Of a DNA stretch of 64,000 bases, positions 46,525 to 56,550 are shown one piece after another (positions within the stretch are counted from its first letter, which is position 1; every line of letters starts with the position of its first letter). Origin of the DNA: Pseudomonadales bacterium (lineage in GTDB: Bacteria > Pseudomonadota > Gammaproteobacteria > Pseudomonadales > JAUIET01); assembly GCA_045106985.1 (NCBI GenBank), contig JBGCFQ010000020.1, forward strand, positions 227,897 through 291,896, in the 5' to 3' direction. The notes beneath the pieces were generated by a model. The model saw only the letters and a list, made by a program, of their open reading frames with translations, made no database searches and was not told the DNA's origin. Both the position numbers and the translations under genes were made by a program.

Positions 46525-48252
46525 ATGGCAGAACAAACTCACTGGGACCACGAATATGATGTAGTGGTGATTGGAAGTGGCAATGGCGCACTCACCTCCG
46601 CAATCGTTGCTCACGACGGCGGCGCCAAAGTTCTGATTGTGGAAAAGGCTCCTGTATTCGGTGGCACTAGCGCTAGTTCGGGTGGAGGCGTATGGATTCC
46701 AAACAACCGCTACGCGAAAGCGGCCGGTGCAGAGGACTCTTCAGAGGAAGCCCGTGCCTACCTGGAACACGTTAGCCCAGAGGGAAAAATACGATCTGAA
46801 TTGCTCGACACGTATATTGAGCAGGGACCGAAGATGATCGATTATCTTCACGAAAACACTAACTGGGTTCGCTATTCGTCACTTGAACATTACCCGGACT
46901 ACTTTCCGGAAGCCCCTGGCGGAAGATCAGGACATCGGTCAATGGAGCCCGAGGTGCTGCATGCCAAGCAACTGGGGGATGACTTCGAACACGTTGGAGC
47001 CGCACATCCGCAAACTCAAATGCCCGGTGGCGTAAGCTTTACCCAGGTTGAAGGGCAAATCGTGCTCGCCGCGCTCCCTGGCTGGATAAAAATGAGCGCC
47101 GGATTAGTGCTGAAATACCTTTTGGATTTCCCACTGCGGTTTAAAACCAAGCGCGACGGGCGTTTAACGATGGGGCCCGCTGGCGTTGCGCGTCTTTTTC
47201 TTTCTTGCAAAGATCGCAATATCCCGCTGTGGCTGGAATCGCCCATGCAGGAACTGATAGAAGAAAACGGACGAATAGTTGGGTGCACAATAAAGCGTGA
47301 CGGTGAAAGCCTGCGAATCAAAGCCAACAAGGGTGTTATTTTGGCTGCGGGAGGTTTTGAGCGTAATCAGCAAATGCGCGAAAAGTATTTGCCGAACCCA
47401 ACCAAAACCGATTGGAGTGCCGCCAACCTATACAACACCGGCGACGCCATCAGCGCCGCGATTGACAAAGGCGCCGCCACCCATCAAATGGACTGGGCCT
47501 GGTGGTTCACCACAGCCGTCATTCCCGGCAAAGTCAAAGCCCATATGAGCCAAATTGAGAAGGGACTGCCAGGATGCATGACCGTCAACATTAACGGTCA
47601 GCGCTTCAGCAATGAGTCCCAGAACTATGTGACCTTTGTTGATGATATGTTACGTGAGACTGAGAATGGTAACCCCTGCGTGCCCGCCTATATGATCTTT
47701 GATGCGGATTTCAGAGCCAAGCGCCCCGTCGCATCGGCGTTATTGCAATCAAGCATGATGCCGGATTGGGCCGTGCCGAAGGCATGGTGGACGCCTAGCT
47801 TTCTGAGTAAGGCTGATACTCTCGAAGAACTCGCCGGGATAATAGGTATAGATGCAAGCGGCCTTCTTGAAACACAGAAAAAATTTAACGAGTTTGCCAA
47901 AAATGGCAAAGACTTAGACTTCCAGAGAGGCGACTCGAACTACGATCGTTACTACGCCGACCCGGAATGTAAACCTAACCCTTGCCTCGCGCCCATCGCC
48001 AAAGCACCCTTTTATGCAGTCACTCTATACACTGGAGAGATGGGCACAGCAGGTGGGGTTGTGATCAACACTAATGGCCAAGTCGAACGAGAAGACGGCA
48101 GCACAATTGACGGCTTGTATGCCTGCGGCAACACCACTACGGCGCTGCTTCCTTCCTATCCAGGTCCTGGAGCGACACTGGGACCTGCAATGGTATTCGG
48201 CTACCTCGCCGGCAAGCACATTTCAGGACAACACGTTTCGGCACAAAGTTAG
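46525..48252 (+). CDS. FAD-dependent oxidoreductase, 3-ketosteroid delta-1-dehydrogenase-like
   Basis: DVVVIGSG, GGTSASSGGGVWIP, YPDY, GGFE.N, TGD, G.RF.NE..NY, GLYACGN, YPGPGATLGPAM. Confidence 0.85.
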   Translation: MAEQTHWDHEYDVVVIGSGNGALTSAIVAHDGGAKVLIVEKAPVFGGTSASSGGGVWIPNNRYAKAAGAEDSSEEARAYLEHVSPEGKIRSELLDTYIEQGPKMIDYLHENTNWVRYSSLEHYPDYFPEAPGGRSGHRSMEPEVLHAKQLGDDFEHVGAAHPQTQMPGGVSFTQVEGQIVLAALPGWIKMSAGLVLKYLLDFPLRFKTKRDGRLTMGPAGVARLFLSCKDRNIPLWLESPMQELIEENGRIVGCTIKRDGESLRIKANKGVILAAGGFERNQQMREKYLPNPTKTDWSAANLYNTGDAISAAIDKGAATHQMDWAWWFTTAVIPGKVKAHMSQIEKGLPGCMTVNINGQRFSNESQNYVTFVDDMLRETENGNPCVPAYMIFDADFRAKRPVASALLQSSMMPDWAVPKAWWTPSFLSKADTLEELAGIIGIDASGLLETQKKFNEFAKNGKDLDFQRGDSNYDRYYADPECKPNPCLAPIAKAPFYAVTLYTGEMGTAGGVVINTNGQVEREDGSTIDGLYACGNTTTALLPSYPGPGATLGPAMVFGYLAGKHISGQHVSAQS

Positions 48253-48311
48253 GCGCGCCTATCGCCTAACTGACCTGCTTGGCGCGCAGCTCTGCTAGAG
48301 TTGTACTATCT

Positions 48312-49886
48312 ATGGATTATCCTCTCTCGCTCTGTGCTCTCCGCCGCCTAATTAATTGGCCCTGCTCCGTTGACCTGCCGTCTGCAGGCCGCAGCCGCCT
48401 TATGGCAACATGGCTCTTCAGCACTCTGTTATCGCTCCCAACAGCCTCAGCGCCTACTTGGAGCGATTCTGAACCAGCGCTAGGCCTCAACGCTGTAAGC
48501 TTTACCGATTGTGTGATCCAAGGCCCAGCAGGAAATGGCCAGGCACGCGGCCAGTGCGCCACCTTGCACGTACCAGAAAATTACGACAATCCTGAGGGCC
48601 GCACAATAGGCCTACGCGTGTTCAAACTACCCTCAAAGCATCACACCGCCCAAGACGATGCGGTCACCTTTATTCAAGGCGGCCCAGGAGGATCTTCCGT
48701 AGAGCTCGCAATAATTCTTGGTCTGCAAAACAGCGCCTTGCGCCGTAAAAGAGACATCATATTGCTAGACCAACGCGGCACCGGGCAATCAGCACGCTTG
48801 AATTGCGAATTCAACGATGACCAATTACTATCATTTGACAGCGCCCAAATTCAAAAACTCGCTAGCCAATGTGTGGGGCAGCTACAAAAAAATGCTGACT
48901 TGCGGCAGTATTCAACCAGTGTTGCAGTTAAAGATTTAGAGAGCTTACGCACGGCACTGAAGTACTCGCGATGGAACATTATTGCTGGCTCCTACGGAAC
49001 ACGGGTTGCTCAGCATTATATGCGCCGCTACCCTTTGAGTGTGCGAACGGCCACTCTGGAAGGAGTGGTGCCGCCAAGCATAGAAATTGTATCCAGCGTA
49101 CCATTGAACGCCCAAGCTGCACTTGACAATTTATTTGAACAATGCGCTTCAACGCCTCAATGTCACAGCGCCTACCCTAAGCTTAAAGAACACTTTAACG
49201 TCGCTAGAATGCACGTTAGAGCCAACCCGCAAACACTTGAGTTAGCGCATCCGACAACTGCAATAAAAGAGCCGTTTGAACTGAACGACGGCGCGTTCAA
49301 TCTAGCGGTAAGGATGATGCTGTATTCGCCTGAATCGAAATCACTGCTGCCGTTATTGTTACAAGAGGCCGCTAAAGGCAACCTGGAGCCCATAGCCGCA
49401 CAAGCAATGCTTTTCAGCACGCAGCTCAGTGAATCAATGAGTACGGGCATGCACAATTCGGTGGTGTGTAGCGAAGACATGAGCAAGCTGAGCCTGAGCA
49501 GCGCTCAACAAAAAGCAATTGAGCAAACGTTTTTGGGTATTGAATTTGTCGATCTGATGCGCAGTATTTGTGCTTCGTGGCCAAAAGGTGCAATCGATGA
49601 CGATTTTTTCGATACCTTGGAAAGCGAGCATCAAGTGTTACTTATATCTGGCGAATACGACCCAGTTACGCCTCCATCGAACGCTGAATTAGCTGCCAAG
49701 TACTACACGAACTCTCTGCAAGTCACTGCCCCTGGACAAGGCCACTCGCTTTACCATCCGGCGTGCTCAAGAGGCTTGATAAACGATTTTGTAGCCTCAG
49801 GCGTGGTTGCCAAGCTTGACACTGAGTGTTTTGAACGCCTCGATGGTCCGCCATTTTTCATCAATTCTCTAGGTTACGCGCCATGA
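48312..49886 (+). CDS. Secreted TAP-like (tripeptidyl-aminopeptidase) alpha/beta hydrolase
   Basis: VPENY, GGPGGS, DQRGTG, GSYGTR (Ser), GEYDPVTP (Asp), GQGH (His); start uncertain (48312 or 48402). Confidence 0.83.
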   Translation: MDYPLSLCALRRLINWPCSVDLPSAGRSRLMATWLFSTLLSLPTASAPTWSDSEPALGLNAVSFTDCVIQGPAGNGQARGQCATLHVPENYDNPEGRTIGLRVFKLPSKHHTAQDDAVTFIQGGPGGSSVELAIILGLQNSALRRKRDIILLDQRGTGQSARLNCEFNDDQLLSFDSAQIQKLASQCVGQLQKNADLRQYSTSVAVKDLESLRTALKYSRWNIIAGSYGTRVAQHYMRRYPLSVRTATLEGVVPPSIEIVSSVPLNAQAALDNLFEQCASTPQCHSAYPKLKEHFNVARMHVRANPQTLELAHPTTAIKEPFELNDGAFNLAVRMMLYSPESKSLLPLLLQEAAKGNLEPIAAQAMLFSTQLSESMSTGMHNSVVCSEDMSKLSLSSAQQKAIEQTFLGIEFVDLMRSICASWPKGAIDDDFFDTLESEHQVLLISGEYDPVTPPSNAELAAKYYTNSLQVTAPGQGHSLYHPACSRGLINDFVASGVVAKLDTECFERLDGPPFFINSLGYAP

Positions 49887-50623
49887 TTATTGCGCATAAA
49901 CTTGCAAAAAAGTTCAAGCAGGTTGATGCAATCCGCAATGTGTCTTTCTCTGCTGAAGCCGGCGCTATCACTGGCTTGGTCGGTCCGAATGGCGCAGGCA
50001 AGTCGACAACGCTGCGCATCCTGTATGGAATGATAAGCCCCTCTTCTGGATACGCTGAAATCGCCGGCATTCGAGTGTCAGAAAATCCTGTAGAAGCCCG
50101 GCGAAAAATAGGCGTGCTACCACATAACGCAGGAATATACCCCCGCTTAAGCGCGCGCGAAAATATTAGCTACTACGGTCGCCTGTCAGGCCTTAGTGAG
50201 GAACGAATAGCTCATCGGATTAGCGAATTAAGTTCCGAACTAGCGATGCAGGATATTATCGAGCGACGCTGCCAAGGCTTTTCGCATGGGCAAAAAACTA
50301 AGGTTGCATTGGCGCGAGCACTTATTCACGAACCTGCCTGTCTGTTACTGGACGAGCCCACGACGGGTCTTGATGTGATGGCCATTAGATCCTTACGCGA
50401 GTCTTTGCTAGCGCTAAAAGAACGCGGTACCTGCATCTTATTTTCCAGCCATGTAATGCAGGAAGTCGCGGCGATTTGCGACAATATCGCTATTGTGTCG
50501 AATGGCAGCGTGGTCGCGGCTGGCACACCTGATGCAATCATTGAATCAACACAGTCAGATGATCTCGAGCAAGCGTTTGTGCATGCGGTAAACGCTTCAT
50601 TAAACGAGACTGATCAACAATGA
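49883..50623 (+). CDS. ABC transporter ATP-binding protein (NatA-like)
   Basis: GPNGAGKST Walker A, FSHGQ signature, LLLDEPT, FSSH. Confidence 0.92.
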   Translation: MIIAHKLAKKFKQVDAIRNVSFSAEAGAITGLVGPNGAGKSTTLRILYGMISPSSGYAEIAGIRVSENPVEARRKIGVLPHNAGIYPRLSARENISYYGRLSGLSEERIAHRISELSSELAMQDIIERRCQGFSHGQKTKVALARALIHEPACLLLDEPTTGLDVMAIRSLRESLLALKERGTCILFSSHVMQEVAAICDNIAIVSNGSVVAAGTPDAIIESTQSDDLEQAFVHAVNASLNETDQQ

Positions 50624-51801
50624 ACTTTCGCCAGCTGCGAGTAATATGGCATAAAGAGGTCATCGACAACCTACGCGATTGGCGTTCCTTGGCCGCAAGC
50701 TTTGGTCTAAGTGTGTTCACGCCATTGTTCTTCGCGATTATGTTGAATTTCATGATCAACGTGAAGGCCGATGTCGCCGAAGATACTCTCGAGTTACCGG
50801 TGGTTGGCCTCGCTCAAAGCGAGAACCTCGCTAGGCATTTTAAAATTAGTAATATTGACGTCAGCGAGTTTAGCGACGATCCGATTGAGGCCGTCACTTC
50901 TGGCGAAGAAGCGATGATTCTAGTGATCAGCGACGATTTTCAAGAAGATTTCAAACTCGGCAAACCTGCTCAGTTAGAACTACTTTACGACAGCCAGAGT
51001 TTGGGGGCCGAACAAGGAAAAATTTATCGAATTGAGTCAGTTCTTCGAAGCTACTCATACTCTATCAGCGCGTTGCGCATTCAAGCCCGTGGAATCGATC
51101 CTACTATTTTAAGACCCATCGCCGTTAACCGAGCCGACCTGGCTCCACCTGGAGCGCGCGCAAAATTACTTTTAAGCAGCCTGCCTTTCTTTATTGTCCT
51201 GTCTATTTTTATGGGTGTGTATTATCTCGCTATTGATACTACGGCTGGCGAGCGTGAGAACGGTTCACTTGAGCCATTACTTACTCTACCGATTAGCCGT
51301 GCAGATTTAGTGTTAGGTAAGATAGCGGCAACAACGACTTATGGCCTGGCTTCGCTCTTGCTTACCTTGCTGCTGTTTTCTGCGTCATTGGATTTCGTAC
51401 CAGTTGAGCGGTTGGGCATCGATATTACTTTTGGCATTAGTGAAGCCCTAACGCTGTGTGTTTTGCTTCTACCGCTCGTGCTGATTGCCTCGAGCGCGCT
51501 AACCGTGGTTGCCTCGTTTACACACTCATTTAAGGAAGCGCAAACTTATCTGTCACTAGTAACTCTGGTTCCAACCATGCCGTTGATTGCCGGCACCTTT
51601 ATGCCGATCAAACCAGGCCTTGCAACTATGGCCGTACCAAGTCTTTCACAGTCCTTGCTTATCGAAACCCTTATAACAAGCCAGTTACCTTCCTGGCCAC
51701 TGATAGCGGTTTCAATTGTTAGCAGCGCATTACTCGCGCTAGCCTTATGTTATGTCGCAGTAAGACTTTACCAACGCGAGAACATTCTGGGTAATCATTG
51801 A
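50620..51801 (+). CDS. ABC-2 type permease (NatB-like)
   Basis: KE..D..RD, AIDTTAGERENGSLEPLL, SFKEAQTY. Confidence 0.88.
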   Translation: MNFRQLRVIWHKEVIDNLRDWRSLAASFGLSVFTPLFFAIMLNFMINVKADVAEDTLELPVVGLAQSENLARHFKISNIDVSEFSDDPIEAVTSGEEAMILVISDDFQEDFKLGKPAQLELLYDSQSLGAEQGKIYRIESVLRSYSYSISALRIQARGIDPTILRPIAVNRADLAPPGARAKLLLSSLPFFIVLSIFMGVYYLAIDTTAGERENGSLEPLLTLPISRADLVLGKIAATTTYGLASLLLTLLLFSASLDFVPVERLGIDITFGISEALTLCVLLLPLVLIASSALTVVASFTHSFKEAQTYLSLVTLVPTMPLIAGTFMPIKPGLATMAVPSLSQSLLIETLITSQLPSWPLIAVSIVSSALLALALCYVAVRLYQRENILGNH

Positions 51802-51836
51802 GTCCGGTAGTAAGTGGGAACACCAACAGCTAAGTC

Positions 51837-53543
51837 TTAGCTTGAATGAACGACCAATTGCGGAAACGGAATCTCCCAACCAAATTCATTACACGCCTCT
51901 AGACATAATCGCGTTAGTGCGCGTTCTACGTCTTCGTACTTATGAGCAGCCGCACCAAGAAGGTCAGCCTCAACCTCATAGTCCAATGATGAAGCGTTAC
52001 ACGCCAATAGCTCCACATTAACGTCCAACAACTCATCCTTTTCTAGCAAACCGTACAAGCCTCGCCGCACAAACTCTGCCAATTTCTCGGGAATTTCGTG
52101 GGCGGCGATAGCTTGATGCTTATACGACACTCCAAATTCAATTTCCACGCGCGCGTTCGACGATAAGTTTACCGGCGCAGATGCAAAATATGTTGGAGCC
52201 GTGATGGTATGTCTAGCGCCACCCAATTCGACAAGCTGGACAGTTTCCGGACTTTGAAAAACAACCTTCGCAACAGTTCCGTCCTCCATTTTCACCCAAT
52301 CACCGGAACGACTAGGAAACCATGCTTCATCCTTGGCAGCAGGCCTGGAATGCAAACCTGCTAGCTCCCTGACTGGTAAGGTAACTGACCCGCCTTCTAG
52401 CGCTGGGTTGTCTAAATCAGTGTAAAAATCTAACTTGGTAACGTGCCAAGGAATGCCTTCAAACAACAAACGTTCCCCTTCCTGCACGGCCCCAAGATTG
52501 AGCAGCGTGGTAATCTGCTCAATCATGTCTGGCAACATTTTCAGGCCCATCCAAATTAACGCAAATACCAGCAACACAACAAGACCCAGCAGCAACCAGT
52601 CGTTTCGCGCATTGAATACATAGAGCATTGCGCCCAGCGCTGCAACCGCGCTAAAAATGTTAAAAAGTAATGCGCTTAAACGCACTTTGAATGATCGAGC
52701 TACACCGCCACGAGTTCGAGCATAACTAAAGGCCGAAGCTAATACTTTGGTTAACGCAAAAACCAATGCGGCCGCACCGAAACCCATAAGTAGGCTTAAA
52801 CCACGATCGCGGAAAAAACTAGCGAAAACTGACTCTGAGGTTTCGGCTTCATGCCTCTGGGCTTCCAGCTTCGCATTTAACTGATGCTTTAGAGTAGCTT
52901 GTAAATCCGTCGCCTCAGACAACTTACCCTCCCAGAAAGTATTGAGCACATCCAACTCTTGAGCCACTGATTCGTCCTCGTTTGTGCTAATCATCGGCTT
53001 AATTCCTTCCAGCGCTTTCTCGCCTACCGAGATATGTGCTTGCGCCGCTAACAACTTATGTCGCAGCTGCTCGATCTGACGAGCATCAGCAGTCGCTGAC
53101 TTCAACATGATGACAAACGGTTGAACCAATTGCTCCAATTCACCCTGTAAATTGATACTTTGACCGCCAGCCAAATCGAATTCTTTAGCTGACACGCCAG
53201 TCGCGAGAATACCGATCTGCTCATTGAGTTCATCCAACTCCTGATTCAGGGCTTCAGCAGCTTCAACCAACTGCGCTTGCTCCACCTCATCTTTTGCGGC
53301 CGCCAACTTCTGTTTTAGCTGATCAAGTTCTCCTCGCTTTTCCACACGACTATCAAGCATGCTTGAGAAAGTTGTGAGTGATGAGCGAAGCACATCGGTA
53401 CCGATCAGTTCACTTTGCGCCAGTGCGGGCAGTCCAGCCGTCATAAGAACGCACATTAACGACAGTGCAATTGCGTCGAATCGAAACAAGTTCAAGTACA
53501 TGTTAATACTCAGTATTAGAATAGGGTGATGAATATGCCGCAT
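51837..53543 (-). CDS. MscS-like mechanosensitive channel domain protein with periplasmic coiled coil
   Basis: Signal peptide, long coiled coil, three TM segments, LNLGAVQEGER, FPSRSGDWV, C-terminal WEIPFPQL; start uncertain. Confidence 0.72.
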   Translation of the reverse strand: MRHIHHPILILSINMYLNLFRFDAIALSLMCVLMTAGLPALAQSELIGTDVLRSSLTTFSSMLDSRVEKRGELDQLKQKLAAAKDEVEQAQLVEAAEALNQELDELNEQIGILATGVSAKEFDLAGGQSINLQGELEQLVQPFVIMLKSATADARQIEQLRHKLLAAQAHISVGEKALEGIKPMISTNEDESVAQELDVLNTFWEGKLSEATDLQATLKHQLNAKLEAQRHEAETSESVFASFFRDRGLSLLMGFGAAALVFALTKVLASAFSYARTRGGVARSFKVRLSALLFNIFSAVAALGAMLYVFNARNDWLLLGLVVLLVFALIWMGLKMLPDMIEQITTLLNLGAVQEGERLLFEGIPWHVTKLDFYTDLDNPALEGGSVTLPVRELAGLHSRPAAKDEAWFPSRSGDWVKMEDGTVAKVVFQSPETVQLVELGGARHTITAPTYFASAPVNLSSNARVEIEFGVSYKHQAIAAHEIPEKLAEFVRRGLYGLLEKDELLDVNVELLACNASSLDYEVEADLLGAAAHKYEDVERALTRLCLEACNEFGWEIPFPQLVVHSS

Positions 53544-53661
53544 TTAGAAACAAGTAACCTCGCCCAGTTTGTAAACAATTTAAAAGCAAGACAGGAAACA
53601 ATTGCTATCTTAGAGCACAACAAAGATTATCACGCTTCACTTTGGCTTTGGGAGCATCCCT

Positions 53662-54360
53662 ATGCAATTATCTAATAAACTAACTGCCGAATTTATAGGC
53701 ACTTTTTGGCTGGTGTTTGGCGGCTGCGGCAGCGCAGTGCTGGCCGCCTCTTTTCCTGATGTTGGCATCGGCCTGCTCGGCGTATCGTTAGCTTTCGGTC
53801 TTACCGTAGTAACTATGGCTTATGCTATCGGGCATGTATCAGGTTGTCACCTGAACCCTGCTGTTTCGATAGGTCTAATGGTTGGCGGTCGATTCAGCGC
53901 CAGTGAACTTGGCCCCTATATCGCCGCACAGGTACTCGGAGCTGTGGCTGGCGCAGGTGTATTGTATTTCATTGCTTCTGGCGCACCTGGATTCGACGTT
54001 GCTGCGGGCTTTGCATCCAACGGCTACGGTGAACATTCACCTGGCGGTTACAGCATGGCTGCGGCATTGTTAATGGAAGTTGTAATGACATTCATGTTCT
54101 TAATGATCATTCTCGGCGCCACAGACCCTAGGGCACCGGCAGGCTTCGCGCCATTAGCAATAGGCCTAGGCCTCACCCTCATTCACCTAGTCAGCATACC
54201 GGTAACCAATACCTCGGTTAACCCAGCACGCAGTACTGGCCCCGCATTGTTTGTTGGTGGCTGGGCGGTTTCACAGCTTTGGTTATTTTGGGTCGCGCCT
54301 ATTGTCGGAGCTGCTCTGGCGGGATTAGCTTATAAAAAGGTATCTGCTGAGTTGGAATAA
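53662..54360 (+). CDS. aqpZ: Aquaporin Z
   Basis: [35 protein letters not shown] (two NPA motifs). Confidence 0.97.
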   Translation: MQLSNKLTAEFIGTFWLVFGGCGSAVLAASFPDVGIGLLGVSLAFGLTVVTMAYAIGHVSGCHLNPAVSIGLMVGGRFSASELGPYIAAQVLGAVAGAGVLYFIASGAPGFDVAAGFASNGYGEHSPGGYSMAAALLMEVVMTFMFLMIILGATDPRAPAGFAPLAIGLGLTLIHLVSIPVTNTSVNPARSTGPALFVGGWAVSQLWLFWVAPIVGAALAGLAYKKVSAELE

Positions 54361-54391
54361 GAAGTGGAGTAAACGTAAGTTTAAACCTGGC

Positions 54392-54422
54392 AAAAGGCGC
54401 TCTCTCTGAGAGCGCCTTTTTT
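54392..54422 (+). terminator. Intrinsic terminator after aqpZ
   Basis: AAAAGGCGCTCTC-TCT-GAGAGCGCCTTTTTT. Confidence 0.88.
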
Positions 54423-54460
54423 GTTACAGTAAGCACAAATTCGATAAAGAGAAACGATTT

Positions 54461-55249
54461 ATGATCAATTTGGATTTGAGCAATCGCCAAGCTGTCGTAA
54501 CGGGAGCAAGCCAGGGTATTGGTGCAGCGATAGTGCGCATGCTGGCTGACCATGGCGCTAAAGTAGTGTTTTGTGCGCGAGGCGAGGACGCTGTGCAAGA
54601 GCTCGCCGGTTATAAGCCCGAAACCGGCGTTGGCAGCGTTATCGGTTTCTCAGCCGATATGGGCCAGGCCGACTCGGTTTCACAATTTCTTGATCAGGTA
54701 GATGCTCAGGGATCGACGGACATTCTGATCAATAACGTAGGCATTGGTCCTTCACGCAACTTTCTTTTCATGAAAGATGACGACTGGCAACATCTGTTCG
54801 ACCTCAATTTAATGTCTGCTGTTCGCTGTACTCGTCATTTGCTTCCCGCAATGCGAAAACAAAAATGGGGACGCGTAATTATGATCAGTAGCGGTGCAGG
54901 AAAATACCCTGGCGCCGCTTTGATTGATTACGGTGCGACAAAAGCAGCGATGATTGCAACAGCGAAAGCACTGTCCAAAAAATATGCCGCCGATAATGTA
55001 CTGTTTAACTCAGTGTTGCCTGGACTGATACGTACCGAAATGTGGGAACGTGCCGCACAAGAAATAGCAGATGCCAAAAAACGTGACAAAGAAGAAGTGT
55101 TTGCCGGCAACTCGGTAGCCGTGCCACAAGGTCGCTACGGCACGCCAGAAGAAATTGCGTCTGTTGTCACCTTCTTGGCCTCAGAGGCGGCATCTTATGT
55201 TAATGGCACTGCAATCTCTGTTGACGGAGGTATGGCTGGTCATATATAA
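54461..55249 (+). CDS. Short-chain dehydrogenase/reductase
   Basis: TGASQGIG, INNVG, YGATK (YxxxK), PGLIRT, VDGG. Confidence 0.92.
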   Translation: MINLDLSNRQAVVTGASQGIGAAIVRMLADHGAKVVFCARGEDAVQELAGYKPETGVGSVIGFSADMGQADSVSQFLDQVDAQGSTDILINNVGIGPSRNFLFMKDDDWQHLFDLNLMSAVRCTRHLLPAMRKQKWGRVIMISSGAGKYPGAALIDYGATKAAMIATAKALSKKYAADNVLFNSVLPGLIRTEMWERAAQEIADAKKRDKEEVFAGNSVAVPQGRYGTPEEIASVVTFLASEAASYVNGTAISVDGGMAGHI

Positions 55250-55396
55250 AAATAGGCGATAAAAGGCATACAAGACGCATAGGCCAGCGGCACATTCGTG
55301 ATCTATACTGAATAATATTAGTACTACTCGATCTCGCCTTTTGTAGGCGGGTCGCACGTACAGTACAAGAATCATGAGATGTAACAAGGAAGTTAT

Positions 55397-56239
55397 ATGA
55401 GCAGCCAACACGCTTTTGTCTTTATTCAAGCGCTCGCCGACGACGTCAATTCCAGAAAGTTAACCTTACCCTCCTTTCCTAACGTCGCAACACAAATTCG
55501 CAATGCGCTGAACGACGATAACTGCACCGCAGACAAGTTGGCTATTATTATTTCCCGAGAGCCTAAGTTGGCGGCCTGTTTGCTAAAACTCTCTAACTCA
55601 GCTCAGTATTCTCGTGGCAATCGCACCGTAGACGTGCCATCCGCCATTAATCGTCTGGGATTGAAGGTTGTGCAAAATACAGCAATGACGGTTGCCATGC
55701 GACAACTGGAGTTGGAAAAAGATTATCTGGCAATAACTGAGCAACTTCAGCCACTGCTTCAACACAGTGTTAATGTGGCAGCCATTGCACACACGCTGGC
55801 TCGGCGGCAAAAAGGCGTCAATGCTGATTCAGCGCTTCTTGCCGGCATGATGCATGGCATTGGCAAAGTCTATATTTGGTCAAGAGCGAGCCAGAATGAG
55901 GAACTGTTTTCTGACACGGCAACGATGGATGAACTGCTTACTGCCTGGCACTGCCCTGTCGGCAAGTCAATTCTGGAAAGCTGGTGTTTGCCGGAAGACA
56001 TGGTTGCAGCAGTAGAGCACTACCAGCACTATGAAGATGCCTCACAAAGTGAGTACGCAAAAATGGTAGCCACTTTGTCCGTGGCAGATCTGCTCGCCGC
56101 AAATGATGATCCTAATACGCTTGATGAAATTAGCGAGCTACCAGAGTACAAGCGGCTTGGAATTGAAGAAGCTTCCATTAGCGAATTTCTAGCAGCCGCA
56201 AACGATGATATCCAGAGCCTGCGCTCTGCCATGAGCTAA
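55397..56239 (+). CDS. Stand-alone HDOD domain protein
   Basis: LPSFPNVA, EPKLAACLLKLSNS, AINRLG, ALLAGMMHGIG, VG.SILESW.LP. Confidence 0.87.
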   Translation: MSSQHAFVFIQALADDVNSRKLTLPSFPNVATQIRNALNDDNCTADKLAIIISREPKLAACLLKLSNSAQYSRGNRTVDVPSAINRLGLKVVQNTAMTVAMRQLELEKDYLAITEQLQPLLQHSVNVAAIAHTLARRQKGVNADSALLAGMMHGIGKVYIWSRASQNEELFSDTATMDELLTAWHCPVGKSILESWCLPEDMVAAVEHYQHYEDASQSEYAKMVATLSVADLLAANDDPNTLDEISELPEYKRLGIEEASISEFLAAANDDIQSLRSAMS

Positions 56240-56550
56240 AAGCGCAAATAGCTTAATGCGGCGAGCGGTGACGAGCTTATGCTGCTTGACCAGAGAGGTC
56301 TATTCAGCCACCCTCAGATCGGCTTAAAAGCTTGTTTTCTAGACCACTTTTTCATTGTCCGACGAAACTGTAAGCCGTATAGGCAAATCAGTACTCCTGC
56401 CACTGAACAGATTGCTTCAATTTGTGTAAAATAAAGACTTATCGAAGCAATGACGGCTAGGAACTGTGCAGCCTCAACAGCACTTTTCTGCAACTATCCT
56501 GAACGCCTGCCCTTCGTAACTTTCGACTTATTGCCACCAGTGGAATCTGA

